Assembly (NCBI GenBank): GCA_965248835.1
Contig: CBDFLJ010000002.1
Span: 1,088,001-1,152,000, forward strand
Direction of reading: 5' to 3'
DNA from: Alphaproteobacteria bacterium
Lineage (GTDB): Bacteria > Pseudomonadota > Alphaproteobacteria > MPNO01
Length of the DNA stretch: 64,000 nucleotides
The position numbers and the translations under genes were made by a program. The notes beneath the pieces were generated by a model that was not told where the DNA came from, made no database searches, and saw only the letters and a list, made by a program, of their open reading frames with translations. Shown one piece after another: positions 9,685 through 19,120 of the stretch (position 1 is its first letter; each line of letters opens with the position of its first letter).

Positions 9685-10899
9685 TCACACGGCCAGGCTG
9701 GTCAGCGCCTGGATCGCCCAGCCGCCCAAGGCGCCCAGAATCACCACCAGCCAGGGCGGCAGTTTCCAAACCGCCAACGCCGCCAAAGCAGCCAGCGCCA
9801 GAGCGAAGTCGCCCGGCGCCCGGATGCCGCCGGTCCAGACCGGATCGTAGAGCGCGGCAAGCAGCAGGCCGACGACGGCGGCGTTGATCCCGCGCAGCGC
9901 CTTGCGAGCAGGTTTGAGCCGGCGGACGGACTCCCAGAACGGCAGCACGCCGGCGATCAACAGGAAGGACGGGGCAAAGACCGCGCCCAGGCAGATCAGG
10001 GCGCCGAGCCAGCCGTTCGGTGCTGCGGCCATCACCGTGCCGAGATAGGCCGCGAAGGTGAACAACGGCCCCGGCACGGCCTGGGCGGCGCCGTAGCCGG
10101 CGAGGAAGTCATCCTTGCCCACCCAGCCCGGCGGGACGATTTCGGCCTGCAGCAGCGGCAGAACCACATGGCCGCCGCCGAAGACCAGCGCCCCCGACCG
10201 GTAGAAGCTGTCTACGAGAAGCAGCGATTGCGCCGGGTAGTAGGCGGCAAGGACCGGCAGGCCGAGGAGGAGAGCGAGGAACAGGCCGAGCAAGCCGATG
10301 GAGACGGATTTCCGCAGCGGGACCCCGAGCCCGGCGGTCGGCTCATCGGGATCGACCGGCAGGAAGGCCAAGCCGGCGATGCCGCCGGCGAGGATGACGA
10401 CGACATGGAGCAAGGGGACCGGTGCGGCAAGGACCGCGACGGCCGCCAGCACCGCCAGACTCGCCCGGCGCATATCGGGGCAAAGGGTTCTCGCCATCGC
10501 CCATACGGCCTGGGCGAGGACCGCGACCGCGACGGCCTTCAACCCGTGCAGCAGTCCCGGCGGTATCGCCTCGGCATAGGCGAGGATTCCGTAGCCGAAC
10601 GCGCAAAGCACCACCGCCGAGGGCAGCGTGAAGCCGAGCCATGCCGCGAGCGCGCCGGGAATCCCGGCCCTTGCAAGCCCGATCCCGATGCCGACCTGGG
10701 AGGATGCCGGACCCGGCAGGAACTGGCACAGGGCAACGAGATCCGCATAGGCGGCTTCCTCGATCCAGCGGCGGCGGACGACGAACGCCTCATGAAAATA
10801 ACCAAGATGGGCGATCGGCCCGCCGAAGGACGTCAGCCCGAGCCCGAGGAAGACGAGGAAGACCCGCGCCGCGGGTATCCTGGCGATGGATCCGCTCAT
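9685..10899 (-). CDS. chrA: Chromate efflux transporter (long-chain CHR family)
   Basis: LGLTSFGGPIAHLGYF, ALCQFLPGPASSQVG, LVFGGGHVVLP, AQAVPGPLFTFAA; start could be 10965. Confidence 0.9.
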   Translation of the reverse strand: MSGSIARIPAARVFLVFLGLGLTSFGGPIAHLGYFHEAFVVRRRWIEEAAYADLVALCQFLPGPASSQVGIGIGLARAGIPGALAAWLGFTLPSAVVLCAFGYGILAYAEAIPPGLLHGLKAVAVAVLAQAVWAMARTLCPDMRRASLAVLAAVAVLAAPVPLLHVVVILAGGIAGLAFLPVDPDEPTAGLGVPLRKSVSIGLLGLFLALLLGLPVLAAYYPAQSLLLVDSFYRSGALVFGGGHVVLPLLQAEIVPPGWVGKDDFLAGYGAAQAVPGPLFTFAAYLGTVMAAAPNGWLGALICLGAVFAPSFLLIAGVLPFWESVRRLKPARKALRGINAAVVGLLLAALYDPVWTGGIRAPGDFALALAALAALAVWKLPPWLVVILGALGGWAIQALTSLAV

Positions 10900-11025
10900 G
10901 CGCGCGTCGGCAATTCCGGCGTGGGACTGTTCACGGTGCGCCGGGTCCCGCCGCGGGCCTGACATCCCGTTCCGCTCTGCGCTGGGCCACTATGCTCCGG
11001 TCCTTCGGGTCGGACACGGTGGACC

Positions 11026-11880
11026 CTAGGCGGAACTCGGCGCCGATCCGTTGCGGCGCCAGATGACCGGGAACAGCTCGTCGTCCTCCGGATACGCCCC
11101 GTTTTCGAGATCGGGCCATTTGGGCAAGCCCATCACGCGCGGGCGGCGGTCCCAGGTCACGTCGTCGCCCAGATAGCGGATCGACAGCGCCATCCTGCGC
11201 GTCTCCAGGGATACGTTGCCTCCGGCGCCGTGCACCGTGAGCGGGTGGTGGCAGATGCAGTCGCCCGCCTCCACGTCCCAGGACAGGAACGCGAGCGAAG
11301 GGTCGTCGCGGCGCTCGCCAAAATCCGGGCATTCCTCGAGATCCGTGTCGGTGAACGCCGCGTCCTCGTCGGGCGTGACCGCGCAGTAGAACTTGTTCCA
11401 TCGGTGCGAGCCGGCGACGTATTCGAGCCCGCTGGTCTGCCTGGTCACCGGGGTCAGCGCGAGCCAGATCGAGGCCAGATGCTCGCCTCGGAACGGCCAG
11501 AACGGCAGATCGTGATGCCACTGCGTCGGCGCGCCGGTGCCGGGATCCTTGACGAAGAGCTGGTCGTACCAGAACCGCACCTGGTCGACACCCATCAGGG
11601 TCGCGGCGATCTCGGCTGCCGGGGAGTCGTTGCGGAAGGCGAGGAACTCCGGGTCATAAACGCTCATGAACCTATTGATCGTGAATTTCGCCTCCTCGCC
11701 GGGAAGCTGCGCCACGCGCCGTCGGTGCGCGCCGCGTTCGCTCTCGAGGTATCGGGTCATCGCCGCGCGCATGCGCGTGACCCAATCCTGATCGAACATT
11801 CCCCGCAGGCAGACGACCCCCTGGTCGTTATAGGCATCCATATCGGCCTGGATGATCTTCCGTCCCGGTCGTTTGTTCAT
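11026..11880 (-). CDS. Phytanoyl-CoA dioxygenase (PhyH)-family 2OG/Fe(II) oxygenase
   Basis: FVKDPG..TQWHHD (HxD), WLAL, GLEYVAGSH, TVHGAGGN...R. Confidence 0.88.
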   Translation of the reverse strand: MNKRPGRKIIQADMDAYNDQGVVCLRGMFDQDWVTRMRAAMTRYLESERGAHRRRVAQLPGEEAKFTINRFMSVYDPEFLAFRNDSPAAEIAATLMGVDQVRFWYDQLFVKDPGTGAPTQWHHDLPFWPFRGEHLASIWLALTPVTRQTSGLEYVAGSHRWNKFYCAVTPDEDAAFTDTDLEECPDFGERRDDPSLAFLSWDVEAGDCICHHPLTVHGAGGNVSLETRRMALSIRYLGDDVTWDRRPRVMGLPKWPDLENGAYPEDDELFPVIWRRNGSAPSSA

Positions 11881-11904
11881 GTTTTACCTCGTCGATCGCA
11901 GTGA

Positions 11905-13197
11905 CTATTCCATGAAGCTCGGAAGGAACAGCGACAAGCCGGGGATCGAGACGATCAAGGTGATGCGCACCAGATCCGCGGCGACGAACGGGATCACCCC
12001 GCGGAAGATCTCGGTGAGCTTTATGTCGGGCAGCATTGCGTTGAGCACGAACACGTTGAGGCCGATCGGCGGGGTGATCAGGCTGATCTCGATGACCACC
12101 ACGACGACGATGCCGAACCAGATCAGGTCGAAGCCCAGCGCTTGCATGACCGGGTAGAAGACCGGCACCGTCAGCAGCATCATCGAGACGCTTTCCAGGA
12201 TGCAGCCGAGCAGGATGTAGATCGCAACGCAGATCACCACGACCATGATCGGTGCGATCGCGACGGTCTCGAACCAGTCGGCGAGCATGTTCGGAAGCCG
12301 CGAGACGTTGATGAAGTTGGCGAACAGCAGCGAGCCGACCAGCAAGGTCATCAGCATCGCCGTCGTTCGCCCGCTCTCGGCCAGGATCTCGAGCGTGATC
12401 CGCCAGGTCAGGGTCTTGCGGGCCAATGCGATGATGAATGCGCCGGTGGCGCCGATCCCGGCCGCCTCGGTGGGGGTGAACCAGCCGATATAGATGCCGC
12501 CCATCACGATCAGGAACAGCACCAGCATGCCCCAGACGCCGCGCAGCGCCCGGATGCGTTCCGACCACGGAACCGCCTCGGCCGGCGGGCCGAGCTCGGG
12601 GTTGATGCGGGTCACAACCGCGACTGCCCCGGCATAGAGCGCCACGCCGATGATTCCCGGGATGATGCCAGCCGCGAACAGTTGGCCGATATCGGTCTCT
12701 GTCATGATGCCGTAGAACACCAGTGCGATGCTGGGTGGGATCAGGATGCCGAGCGTGCCGCCGGCGGCGATCGAGCCCGCGGCGAGGCTGTCGGCATAGC
12801 CGAAGCTGCGCATCGGCGGCATCGCGACCTTGGCCATCGTGGCCGCGGTCGCGAAGCTCGACCCGCAGACCGCGCTGAAGCCGCCGCAGGCAACGATCGT
12901 CGCCATCGCCAGCCCGCCGCGGCGGTGGCCGAGCCAGCGGTTGGAGGCCTCGTAGAGGTCGTGGCTGATGCCCGAGCGGGCGACGAAATTGCCCATCAGG
13001 ATGAACAGCGGCAGCACCGAGAAGTCGTAGACCATGACCATGTCGGTCGCGGTGTTGCCGATGCTCCGCAGCGCCGGCGTGAGCCCGACGTAATAGGCGA
13101 ACCCGGCGGTGCCGACGATCGCCATCCCGAAGGCAATGGGGATCTGCAGCAGCAGAAGGACGAACAGGATGACGAAGCCGAGGGCGACGACTTCCAT
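11905..13197 (-). CDS. dctM: TRAP transporter large permease
   Basis: 430 aa hydrophobic; GGTLGILIPPS, FTPTEAA, ITPPIGLNVF. Confidence 0.92.
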   Translation of the reverse strand: MEVVALGFVILFVLLLLQIPIAFGMAIVGTAGFAYYVGLTPALRSIGNTATDMVMVYDFSVLPLFILMGNFVARSGISHDLYEASNRWLGHRRGGLAMATIVACGGFSAVCGSSFATAATMAKVAMPPMRSFGYADSLAAGSIAAGGTLGILIPPSIALVFYGIMTETDIGQLFAAGIIPGIIGVALYAGAVAVVTRINPELGPPAEAVPWSERIRALRGVWGMLVLFLIVMGGIYIGWFTPTEAAGIGATGAFIIALARKTLTWRITLEILAESGRTTAMLMTLLVGSLLFANFINVSRLPNMLADWFETVAIAPIMVVVICVAIYILLGCILESVSMMLLTVPVFYPVMQALGFDLIWFGIVVVVVIEISLITPPIGLNVFVLNAMLPDIKLTEIFRGVIPFVAADLVRITLIVSIPGLSLFLPSFME

Positions 13198-13202
13198 TGC
13201 GC

Positions 13203-13739
13203 TCAGCCTTCCACCACGCCGCGCGGTGCGAGCGGTGTGCGAAGCGACCGCCAGGCGAGCGCGAAGAAGATCGCCGCGGCCACGATGGTCAGCAGCGCCA
13301 TCGCATAGACGAATGTCGAGGTCTGGATCTGGAGGAACATCATCAATTCGTTGGCCGCGGCGAGCGAATCGCCCTGGATCCAGACCTCGCGCGCCCAGAC
13401 CACCGACAGCCCGCCCATCAGGAGATTGAGCACGAAGTGCTGGGCCCGCTTGAGGCTACCCTTGAACAGGCGGTCGAGCAGCCCGATGGTGATGTGCTCG
13501 CGCCGCGCGCAGACCAACGGCAGCCCGAGATAGACCGTGAAGGCCATCATCAGCTCGGTCACCTCGAAGCCTGCCGGGACCGGCCGGTCGATCGTCTGGC
13601 GGCCGAGCACGTCGACGAAGGTGAGCACCATCATCGCGAACACCAGGACTGCCAGCACGACGCCGAGCGTCGCGTCGAGCCCGCGCGCAAGGCGGTCTTC
13701 GAACGCAGTCTCGGTGCGCAGTCGGTTTCCCTCGGACAT
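13203..13739 (-). CDS. dctQ: TRAP transporter small permease
   Basis: Four TM segments, DVLGR, EVTE, EHITI; sits between dctP and dctM. Confidence 0.88.
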   Translation of the reverse strand: MSEGNRLRTETAFEDRLARGLDATLGVVLAVLVFAMMVLTFVDVLGRQTIDRPVPAGFEVTELMMAFTVYLGLPLVCARREHITIGLLDRLFKGSLKRAQHFVLNLLMGGLSVVWAREVWIQGDSLAAANELMMFLQIQTSTFVYAMALLTIVAAAIFFALAWRSLRTPLAPRGVVEG

Positions 13740-13803
13740 GATCGGGCGCCGGCGGGCGGCGGCAGGACGCGACGCCTGTCCTCACCCCGTGCGGCCGGGC
13801 CCC

Positions 13804-14784
13804 TTACGAGCCGTAGTTTTCGACTTCTCGGCGGAACATCTTGAGCGCCGCGGCACCGTCGACCCCGGCCTTTTCCGCCTTCTTGATCCAGTTCTGCTCG
13901 AAGACGGCGAGCTTCGCCCTGAGATCGGCCAGCGGCTTGCCCGTGAGCGTGGTCCAGGTCACCCCGTCCTCCTTGAGCTGCGAGGGTGCCCATTTCTCAC
14001 GCTCGTCCCATTTGCGTCCGATGCGCTTTCCGCCCAGTACCTCGCCGGCGTGCGCCATGATGGTCGCCTGGTCCTTGCTCGAGACCTTGTTCCACTTGGT
14101 CTGGTTCATCGCGATCAGGAAGCTGACATTGTAGAACCCGCCGGGAATATGGGTGGCGAACTTGACGAACTTGCCGATCTTGAAGGCGTAGATCGCCTCG
14201 TCGGTCAGCGTCGTTCCGTCGAACACCCCCTTGGCCAGCCCGTCGCGCAACTTGGTGACCGGCGCCGCCATCGGCACGCCGCCGAGCAGCTTCAGCGCAT
14301 TCGACGTGGTGTTGTTGGGGATGCGGAGCTTGAGGCCCTTGATGTCATCCAGCGTCAGGATCGCCCGCTTGTTGTTGTAGATCTGGCCGGGGACGTGCAG
14401 GAAGAGCGACAGCGCCTTGACGTCGTGGTGCATCCCGGCCGGCTCGAACATCTTCTTGAAGACCCGCCAGTAAGCGACCGAGTTGGCTTCGGCAGACTTG
14501 GTGAGGAACGGAAGCTCGGGCATCTCGCTCAGCGGGAAGGTGCCCGGCGCATAGCCATGAACCACAAACACCGCGTCGGCAATGCCATCGACCGCGAGCT
14601 GATACTGGCGCGGCGGGGCACCGAGCCCCTTGGCCGTCGGCTGGATGACGACGCGGCCCTCGGTCGCCTTGTCCATCTCCTTGAACCATTTGTGCAACAG
14701 CGCGCGCTGGGTCCAATGGCCGGGCGGCAGCCATTGGCTGTAGCGCAGGAACAGTTTCTCGGCCGATGCCGCCTGGGGCATCAC
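13804..14784 (-). CDS. dctP: TRAP transporter substrate-binding protein
   Basis: GIADA..GYAPGTFPLSE..ELPF, DIKGLKLR, MNQTKWNKVS. The in-frame signal peptide extends upstream to an ATT at 14841 (see findings). Confidence 0.88.
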   Translation of the reverse strand: MMPQAASAEKLFLRYSQWLPPGHWTQRALLHKWFKEMDKATEGRVVIQPTAKGLGAPPRQYQLAVDGIADAVFVVHGYAPGTFPLSEMPELPFLTKSAEANSVAYWRVFKKMFEPAGMHHDVKALSLFLHVPGQIYNNKRAILTLDDIKGLKLRIPNNTTSNALKLLGGVPMAAPVTKLRDGLAKGVFDGTTLTDEAIYAFKIGKFVKFATHIPGGFYNVSFLIAMNQTKWNKVSSKDQATIMAHAGEVLGGKRIGRKWDEREKWAPSQLKEDGVTWTTLTGKPLADLRAKLAVFEQNWIKKAEKAGVDGAAALKMFRREVENYGS

Positions 14785-14987
14785 GAGCGCCGCCGCCGCA
14801 AGGGCGCCGGCGGCCGCTAATCCACTGAAACTCCGTAGAATCTCGTTCGTTTCGCTGTTGCGAAGCGGTCATTCGGCAGCCGCAATGCGATCGTTTCGAG
14901 CTTACGATTGTCCGTTCCGGTCGGCAAGGCGGCCGAGACCGGCATGGGTGCGTGCGCGCTCCCGACGGGCGATGCCACCGAAGGCAA

Positions 14988-15800
14988 TCATCGCGCAGCC
15001 ATCCAGTCGAGGGCGCGGCCGAGCCACGGGCCGTCGGCCTCGCCGCCGGCAAGGCTCGCCGTGAAGTGATCGCGGCCCTCGAGCACGATGCGCTCGACCT
15101 CGCAACCCTTGGCGGCCAATGCCGCTTCCATCCGCTCGGCCTGGGTGATCAGGTGTGGAAAATCCTTGCTGCCATGGGCGATCAAGAACGGCGGCGGCGC
15201 ATCGCCGATCCTGTGGATCGGGCTTGCCGGACCGTCGTTCTCCGCGTCCTCCGGCCCCAGAAAGCGCGGGCGCATCGACATGCCGTTGCCCGGCATGAAG
15301 TCGAAGACGCCCGAGATCGGCAGGCAGCCGCGAACCGCACCGGGCGGCAGGACATCATCCCGGACGGCCAGAAGGGCGGTGTAATGCCCGCCCGCCGAAT
15401 GCCCGCCGATAAAGATCCTGGCCGGATCGCCGCCGTGGCCGGCGATATTCTCCCGCAGCCAGAGCGTGCCGGCGGCGATATCCTCCAGCCCCGTCGGGAA
15501 GACATGGGCCGGCGCGAGGCGATAGCCGATGCTCGCGAAGATCACCCCGGCGGCGAGGAAGCCCGGCGCCATGAAGTTCATGTGCTCACGGTATCCGCTG
15601 GTCCAGCCGCCGCCGTGGACGAAGGCGAAGACCGTGCCGTTCGGCGCCTCCGGCACATGCAGCGCGATCCCCTGGTATGGGTTCTCGCCGTAGAAGACGT
15701 CGATCCCGTCATGACCGGCCGAGCGGCGCGTGACTTCCTCGACATACGGCATGGCGAATTCCGAGAACGGTTCCTGCGGCGGATAGTCTTCGATGCGCAT
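14988..15800 (-). CDS. Alpha/beta hydrolase, arylformamidase/HSL-like
   Basis: FVHGGGW, IGYRLAP, GHSAGG, ISGVFD, RDHF. Confidence 0.85.
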   Translation of the reverse strand: MRIEDYPPQEPFSEFAMPYVEEVTRRSAGHDGIDVFYGENPYQGIALHVPEAPNGTVFAFVHGGGWTSGYREHMNFMAPGFLAAGVIFASIGYRLAPAHVFPTGLEDIAAGTLWLRENIAGHGGDPARIFIGGHSAGGHYTALLAVRDDVLPPGAVRGCLPISGVFDFMPGNGMSMRPRFLGPEDAENDGPASPIHRIGDAPPPFLIAHGSKDFPHLITQAERMEAALAAKGCEVERIVLEGRDHFTASLAGGEADGPWLGRALDWMAAR

Positions 15801-15815
15801 CCGGTTTCGTCTCCT

Positions 15816-16529
15816 CTAAAGCCCGAGATAGGCTTCCTTGACCGAGGGGTTTTCGAGCAGTTCGGCCCCGGTGCCGGCGAGCGCGATGCGTCCGTTCTCC
15901 ATCACATAGGCGGAATCGGCGATGGCGAGCGTCGCGTGGATGTCCTGCTCGACGATGAAGACGGTCACCCCGCGCCCGCGGACCCGAACGATCATCTCGA
16001 ACAGGTCGGCGGCCACCGTCGGCGCCAGACCGAGGCTCGGCTCGTCCAGCAGCAGCAGGCGCGGACCGGACATCAGCCCGCGGGCCAGCGCCAGCATCTG
16101 CTGCTCGCCACCGGACAGCGTCCCGCCGGCCTGGCGCCGCCGCTCGCGCAGCCGCGGGAACAGGGCGAACATCTCCTCGATACGGGCTTCGGCCGCGGCG
16201 CGGGCGCGGGGAACGACGGCGCCGACCTTGAGGTTCTCCTCGACCGAGAACTCGGGAAAGATCAGCCGGCCCTCGGGGACCAGGGCGATGCCCCGCTCGA
16301 CGCGGCGATGCGGCGCGGTGCCGGCGATCTGGGCGCCCGCGAAGGCGATGCTTCCGTGATTGAGCGGCAGCAGGCCGGCCAGGGTGCGCATCAGCGTGGT
16401 CTTGCCGGCGCCGTTGCTTCCCAACAGCGCCGTGATCGAGCCCTCGGCGACATCGAGCGACACGCCGTCGAGGATCCGCACCTCGCCGTAGCCGGCGCTG
16501 ACCTCGCGCACCTCGAGCAACGCCGTCAT
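15816..16529 (-). CDS. Branched-chain amino acid-type ABC transporter ATP-binding protein (LivF-like)
   Basis: GSNGAGKTT, VPEGRLIF, LSGGEQQML, LLLDEPSLGLAP, VEQD. Confidence 0.9.
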   Translation of the reverse strand: MTALLEVREVSAGYGEVRILDGVSLDVAEGSITALLGSNGAGKTTLMRTLAGLLPLNHGSIAFAGAQIAGTAPHRRVERGIALVPEGRLIFPEFSVEENLKVGAVVPRARAAAEARIEEMFALFPRLRERRRQAGGTLSGGEQQMLALARGLMSGPRLLLLDEPSLGLAPTVAADLFEMIVRVRGRGVTVFIVEQDIHATLAIADSAYVMENGRIALAGTGAELLENPSVKEAYLGL

Positions 16530-17257
16530 CGGGTGCCGCGCCCGAGATAGGCCTCGATCACCGCCGTATCGTTGGCGATCGCTTGCGGGCTGCCTTCGGC
16601 GATCTTGACGCCGTGATGGATCACCACCAGCCGTTCGCAAAGCCGCATGAGCGCGCGCATGACATGCTCGATCACCACGATGGTCAGCCCGTGGCGCGCG
16701 CGCAGCGCATCGATGATCGCCAGCGCCTCGTCGACCTCGGTCGGCGTGAGTCCGGCCATCACCTCGTCGAGCAGCAGGAGCTTGGGCCGCGTAGCGATGG
16801 CGCGGGCGATCTCCAGCCGCTTGCGGCCGGCGAGCGTGAGCGTCCCCGCCGGATCGGCCGCCCGATCGGCAAGCCCGACCTCTTCGAGCACCTGTCGCGC
16901 ACGCGCCTCGGCGCGGGCCACCGACGGCTCGCGCCCGCTGCCGAACAGGACGCCGACCGCGACATTCTCCAGGACGCTCAGGCCGGCGAACGGGCGGACG
17001 ATCTGGAAGGCGCGCGCGATGCCCAGCCGGCTCACCTGGTCGGGGCGCAGGCGTTCGATGCGCCGGTCTTCGAACCGGATCGTGCCCTCGCTCGGGCGCA
17101 GGTTGCCCGCGATGAGCCCGAACAGAGTCGTCTTGCCGGCGCCGTTGGCGCCCATAAGGCCGACGATCTCTCCGGGCTCGATCGCCAAGTCGATCGAATC
17201 GACGGCGAGAACCCCGCCGAAGCTCCTGCTGAGCCCGTCCAGGCGGAGAATGCTCAT
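16526..17257 (-). CDS. Branched-chain amino acid-type ABC transporter ATP-binding protein (LivG-like)
   Basis: FGGVLAVD, GANGAGKTT, LLLDEVMAGL, IEHVM, VIEAYLG. Confidence 0.9.
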   Translation of the reverse strand: MSILRLDGLSRSFGGVLAVDSIDLAIEPGEIVGLMGANGAGKTTLFGLIAGNLRPSEGTIRFEDRRIERLRPDQVSRLGIARAFQIVRPFAGLSVLENVAVGVLFGSGREPSVARAEARARQVLEEVGLADRAADPAGTLTLAGRKRLEIARAIATRPKLLLLDEVMAGLTPTEVDEALAIIDALRARHGLTIVVIEHVMRALMRLCERLVVIHHGVKIAEGSPQAIANDTAVIEAYLGRGTR

Positions 17258-18165
17258 CTGGCGAGCCGCCGGCGCAGCACGGCGATGCGGCCCTGGATGC
17301 CGTCGGGCGCACCGAGCACGAACCCGACCAGAAGCGCGCCCAGGATGATCATGTAGACCTCCGGCCAGTTCGCCCATAGCAGCTCCTGCAGCAGCACCAG
17401 AAAGCAGGCGCCGTACAGAGGGCCCGGCACGTCGTCGCCGCCGCCGATGATGGCGATCGAGACGATGGTGAACGAAGTGATCGGGTTGAAGACGTCGAGC
17501 GGCTCGAAATAAGTCGTGCGCACCACCATTACCGAGCCGACCATGCCGGGGATGATCGCCGAGAGCGCGAAGGCGAACACTTTGAAGCGGCCGACATTGA
17601 TGCCAAGGGTCTCGGCCGCCTCTTCGTTCTCGCGGATCGCGCGCAGGCCCGCGCCGAAGCGCGAGCGCCGGACAAGGTAGGTGATCACCATCGAGGCGGC
17701 GGCGAGCCCGAGGATCACGTGGAACAGCTCATCGAGGCCGGGCGCGCCGAACAGCAGACGGCCGAATTTACCGAGCGCCGCCTCGGTGTTGATGACGATG
17801 AATTTGACCAGTTCCGCCAGCCCGAACGTCAGGATCACGAAATAGGGGCCGCGCACCCGCAGGCACGGGTAGCCGACCAGGAGCGCGATCAGTCCGGTCG
17901 ACAATCCGGCCAGGACGACGGCGAGCCAGAAGGGCAGGGTTCCGAAGCACAGGACCATCACGTAAGCGCCGGCCCCGAAGAAGACCGCATGGCCGAGCGA
18001 GATGTAGCCGGTCATCGCCGACAGCACGACCCAGCTCTGGGTAAGCGCGATCCACATCAGCAGCGAGAGTGCGACGCCCAGGAAGTAGTCGCCGGTGTAG
18101 AGCGGCAAGCTCGCCAGGACCGCCACGGCGGCGGCCAGGCCGATCGCCGGGCGCAGCGCGCTCAC
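17254..18165 (-). CDS. Branched-chain amino acid-type ABC permease (LivM-like)
   Basis: TGYISLGHAVFFGAGAY, LRVRGPYF, AIRENEEAAETLGI; GTG start overlaps the upstream stop. Confidence 0.9.
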   Translation of the reverse strand: MSALRPAIGLAAAVAVLASLPLYTGDYFLGVALSLLMWIALTQSWVVLSAMTGYISLGHAVFFGAGAYVMVLCFGTLPFWLAVVLAGLSTGLIALLVGYPCLRVRGPYFVILTFGLAELVKFIVINTEAALGKFGRLLFGAPGLDELFHVILGLAAASMVITYLVRRSRFGAGLRAIRENEEAAETLGINVGRFKVFAFALSAIIPGMVGSVMVVRTTYFEPLDVFNPITSFTIVSIAIIGGGDDVPGPLYGACFLVLLQELLWANWPEVYMIILGALLVGFVLGAPDGIQGRIAVLRRRLAR

Positions 18166-19052
18166 CGCGTTGCCCTTGCGCCGCCGAACAGCCCGCGCGG
18201 CCGCCAGACCAGGACGCCGATGAAAACGCCGTAGATCAGGATCGAGCGCATGCTGGTCGAGGTCAGCGCGACGCCGTAGATCTCTATCACCGCCAGCAGG
18301 GCCGCGCCGGCGAGCCCGCCCATCAGGTTGCCGAGCCCGCCCAGGATGATCACGACGAACGCGGCGATGGTGAACGGGAAGCCCATGAAGGGCGAGACCT
18401 GCTCCAGCATGCTGATCAGGCAGCCGGCGAGCCCGGCGATGCCAAAGCCGAGCGAGAAGCTGATCATGCGCACCCGCTCGACATTGATGCCGACCAGCAT
18501 GGCCGCGTCGGGCTGCTGGATCAGCGCGCGGATCGCAAGCCCGGTGGTCGACATCCGGAAAAAGGCGACGCAGGCGAAGCAGACCGCGAGCCCGATTGCC
18601 AGCACGACCAGCCGGTCGGCAGTCACCTGGAAGCCGCCGATGCGAATGATCTGGTCGAGATAGGGATAGGCCCGCGCGGTCGCGGTGAACGACAGCGCGA
18701 CGACGTTCTGCAGGATGATCGAGACACCGAACAGCACCAACAGGGAGTTCGCCTCGATCTGCTCGATCAATTTGGACGAGGCGAGCACCCGGCGGCACAG
18801 CGTGCGGTAGACGAACGCACCGAACGCACCGGCAAGGATGAGCGCCGCCACCATCGAATAGACCGGCCCGACCCCGGTCAGGGTGAACGACCAGTAGCCG
18901 AGATAGCCGCCCAGCATCAGGATCTCGCCGTGGGCGACATTGAGCAGCCGCATGGTGCCGTAGATCAAGTTCAGCCCGAGCGCCACCAACCCGTAGATCG
19001 CGGCGAGCACCAGCGCCGCGATCAGGAGCTGGCCGGAAAGAATGTCAGCCAT
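18162..19052 (-). CDS. Branched-chain amino acid-type ABC permease (LivH-like)
   Basis: YGLVALGLNLIYG..LNVAHGE, VVIILGGLGN, RPRGLFG. Confidence 0.9.
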   Translation of the reverse strand: MADILSGQLLIAALVLAAIYGLVALGLNLIYGTMRLLNVAHGEILMLGGYLGYWSFTLTGVGPVYSMVAALILAGAFGAFVYRTLCRRVLASSKLIEQIEANSLLVLFGVSIILQNVVALSFTATARAYPYLDQIIRIGGFQVTADRLVVLAIGLAVCFACVAFFRMSTTGLAIRALIQQPDAAMLVGINVERVRMISFSLGFGIAGLAGCLISMLEQVSPFMGFPFTIAAFVVIILGGLGNLMGGLAGAALLAVIEIYGVALTSTSMRSILIYGVFIGVLVWRPRGLFGGARATR

Positions 19053-19120
19053 CGCTGGCACCGGGCAGTGGACGACGCCCCATCCCGCGGGGCTGCGGGA
19101 CCGGGCGTGCCGGCTGGTGT

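Noticed and set aside
9553-10962. Long antisense or off-frame ORFs (also 14952-16550, 37928-40174, 58353-60335, 59746-61422, 62004-63386)
   Set aside because: They shadow well-supported genes on the other strand and carry no recognisable motifs.
15816-18798. 498-aa and 514-aa ORFs suggesting fused ABC subunits
   Set aside because: The extensions are Arg/Pro-rich off-frame reads of the upstream liv genes; true starts overlap the upstream stops.
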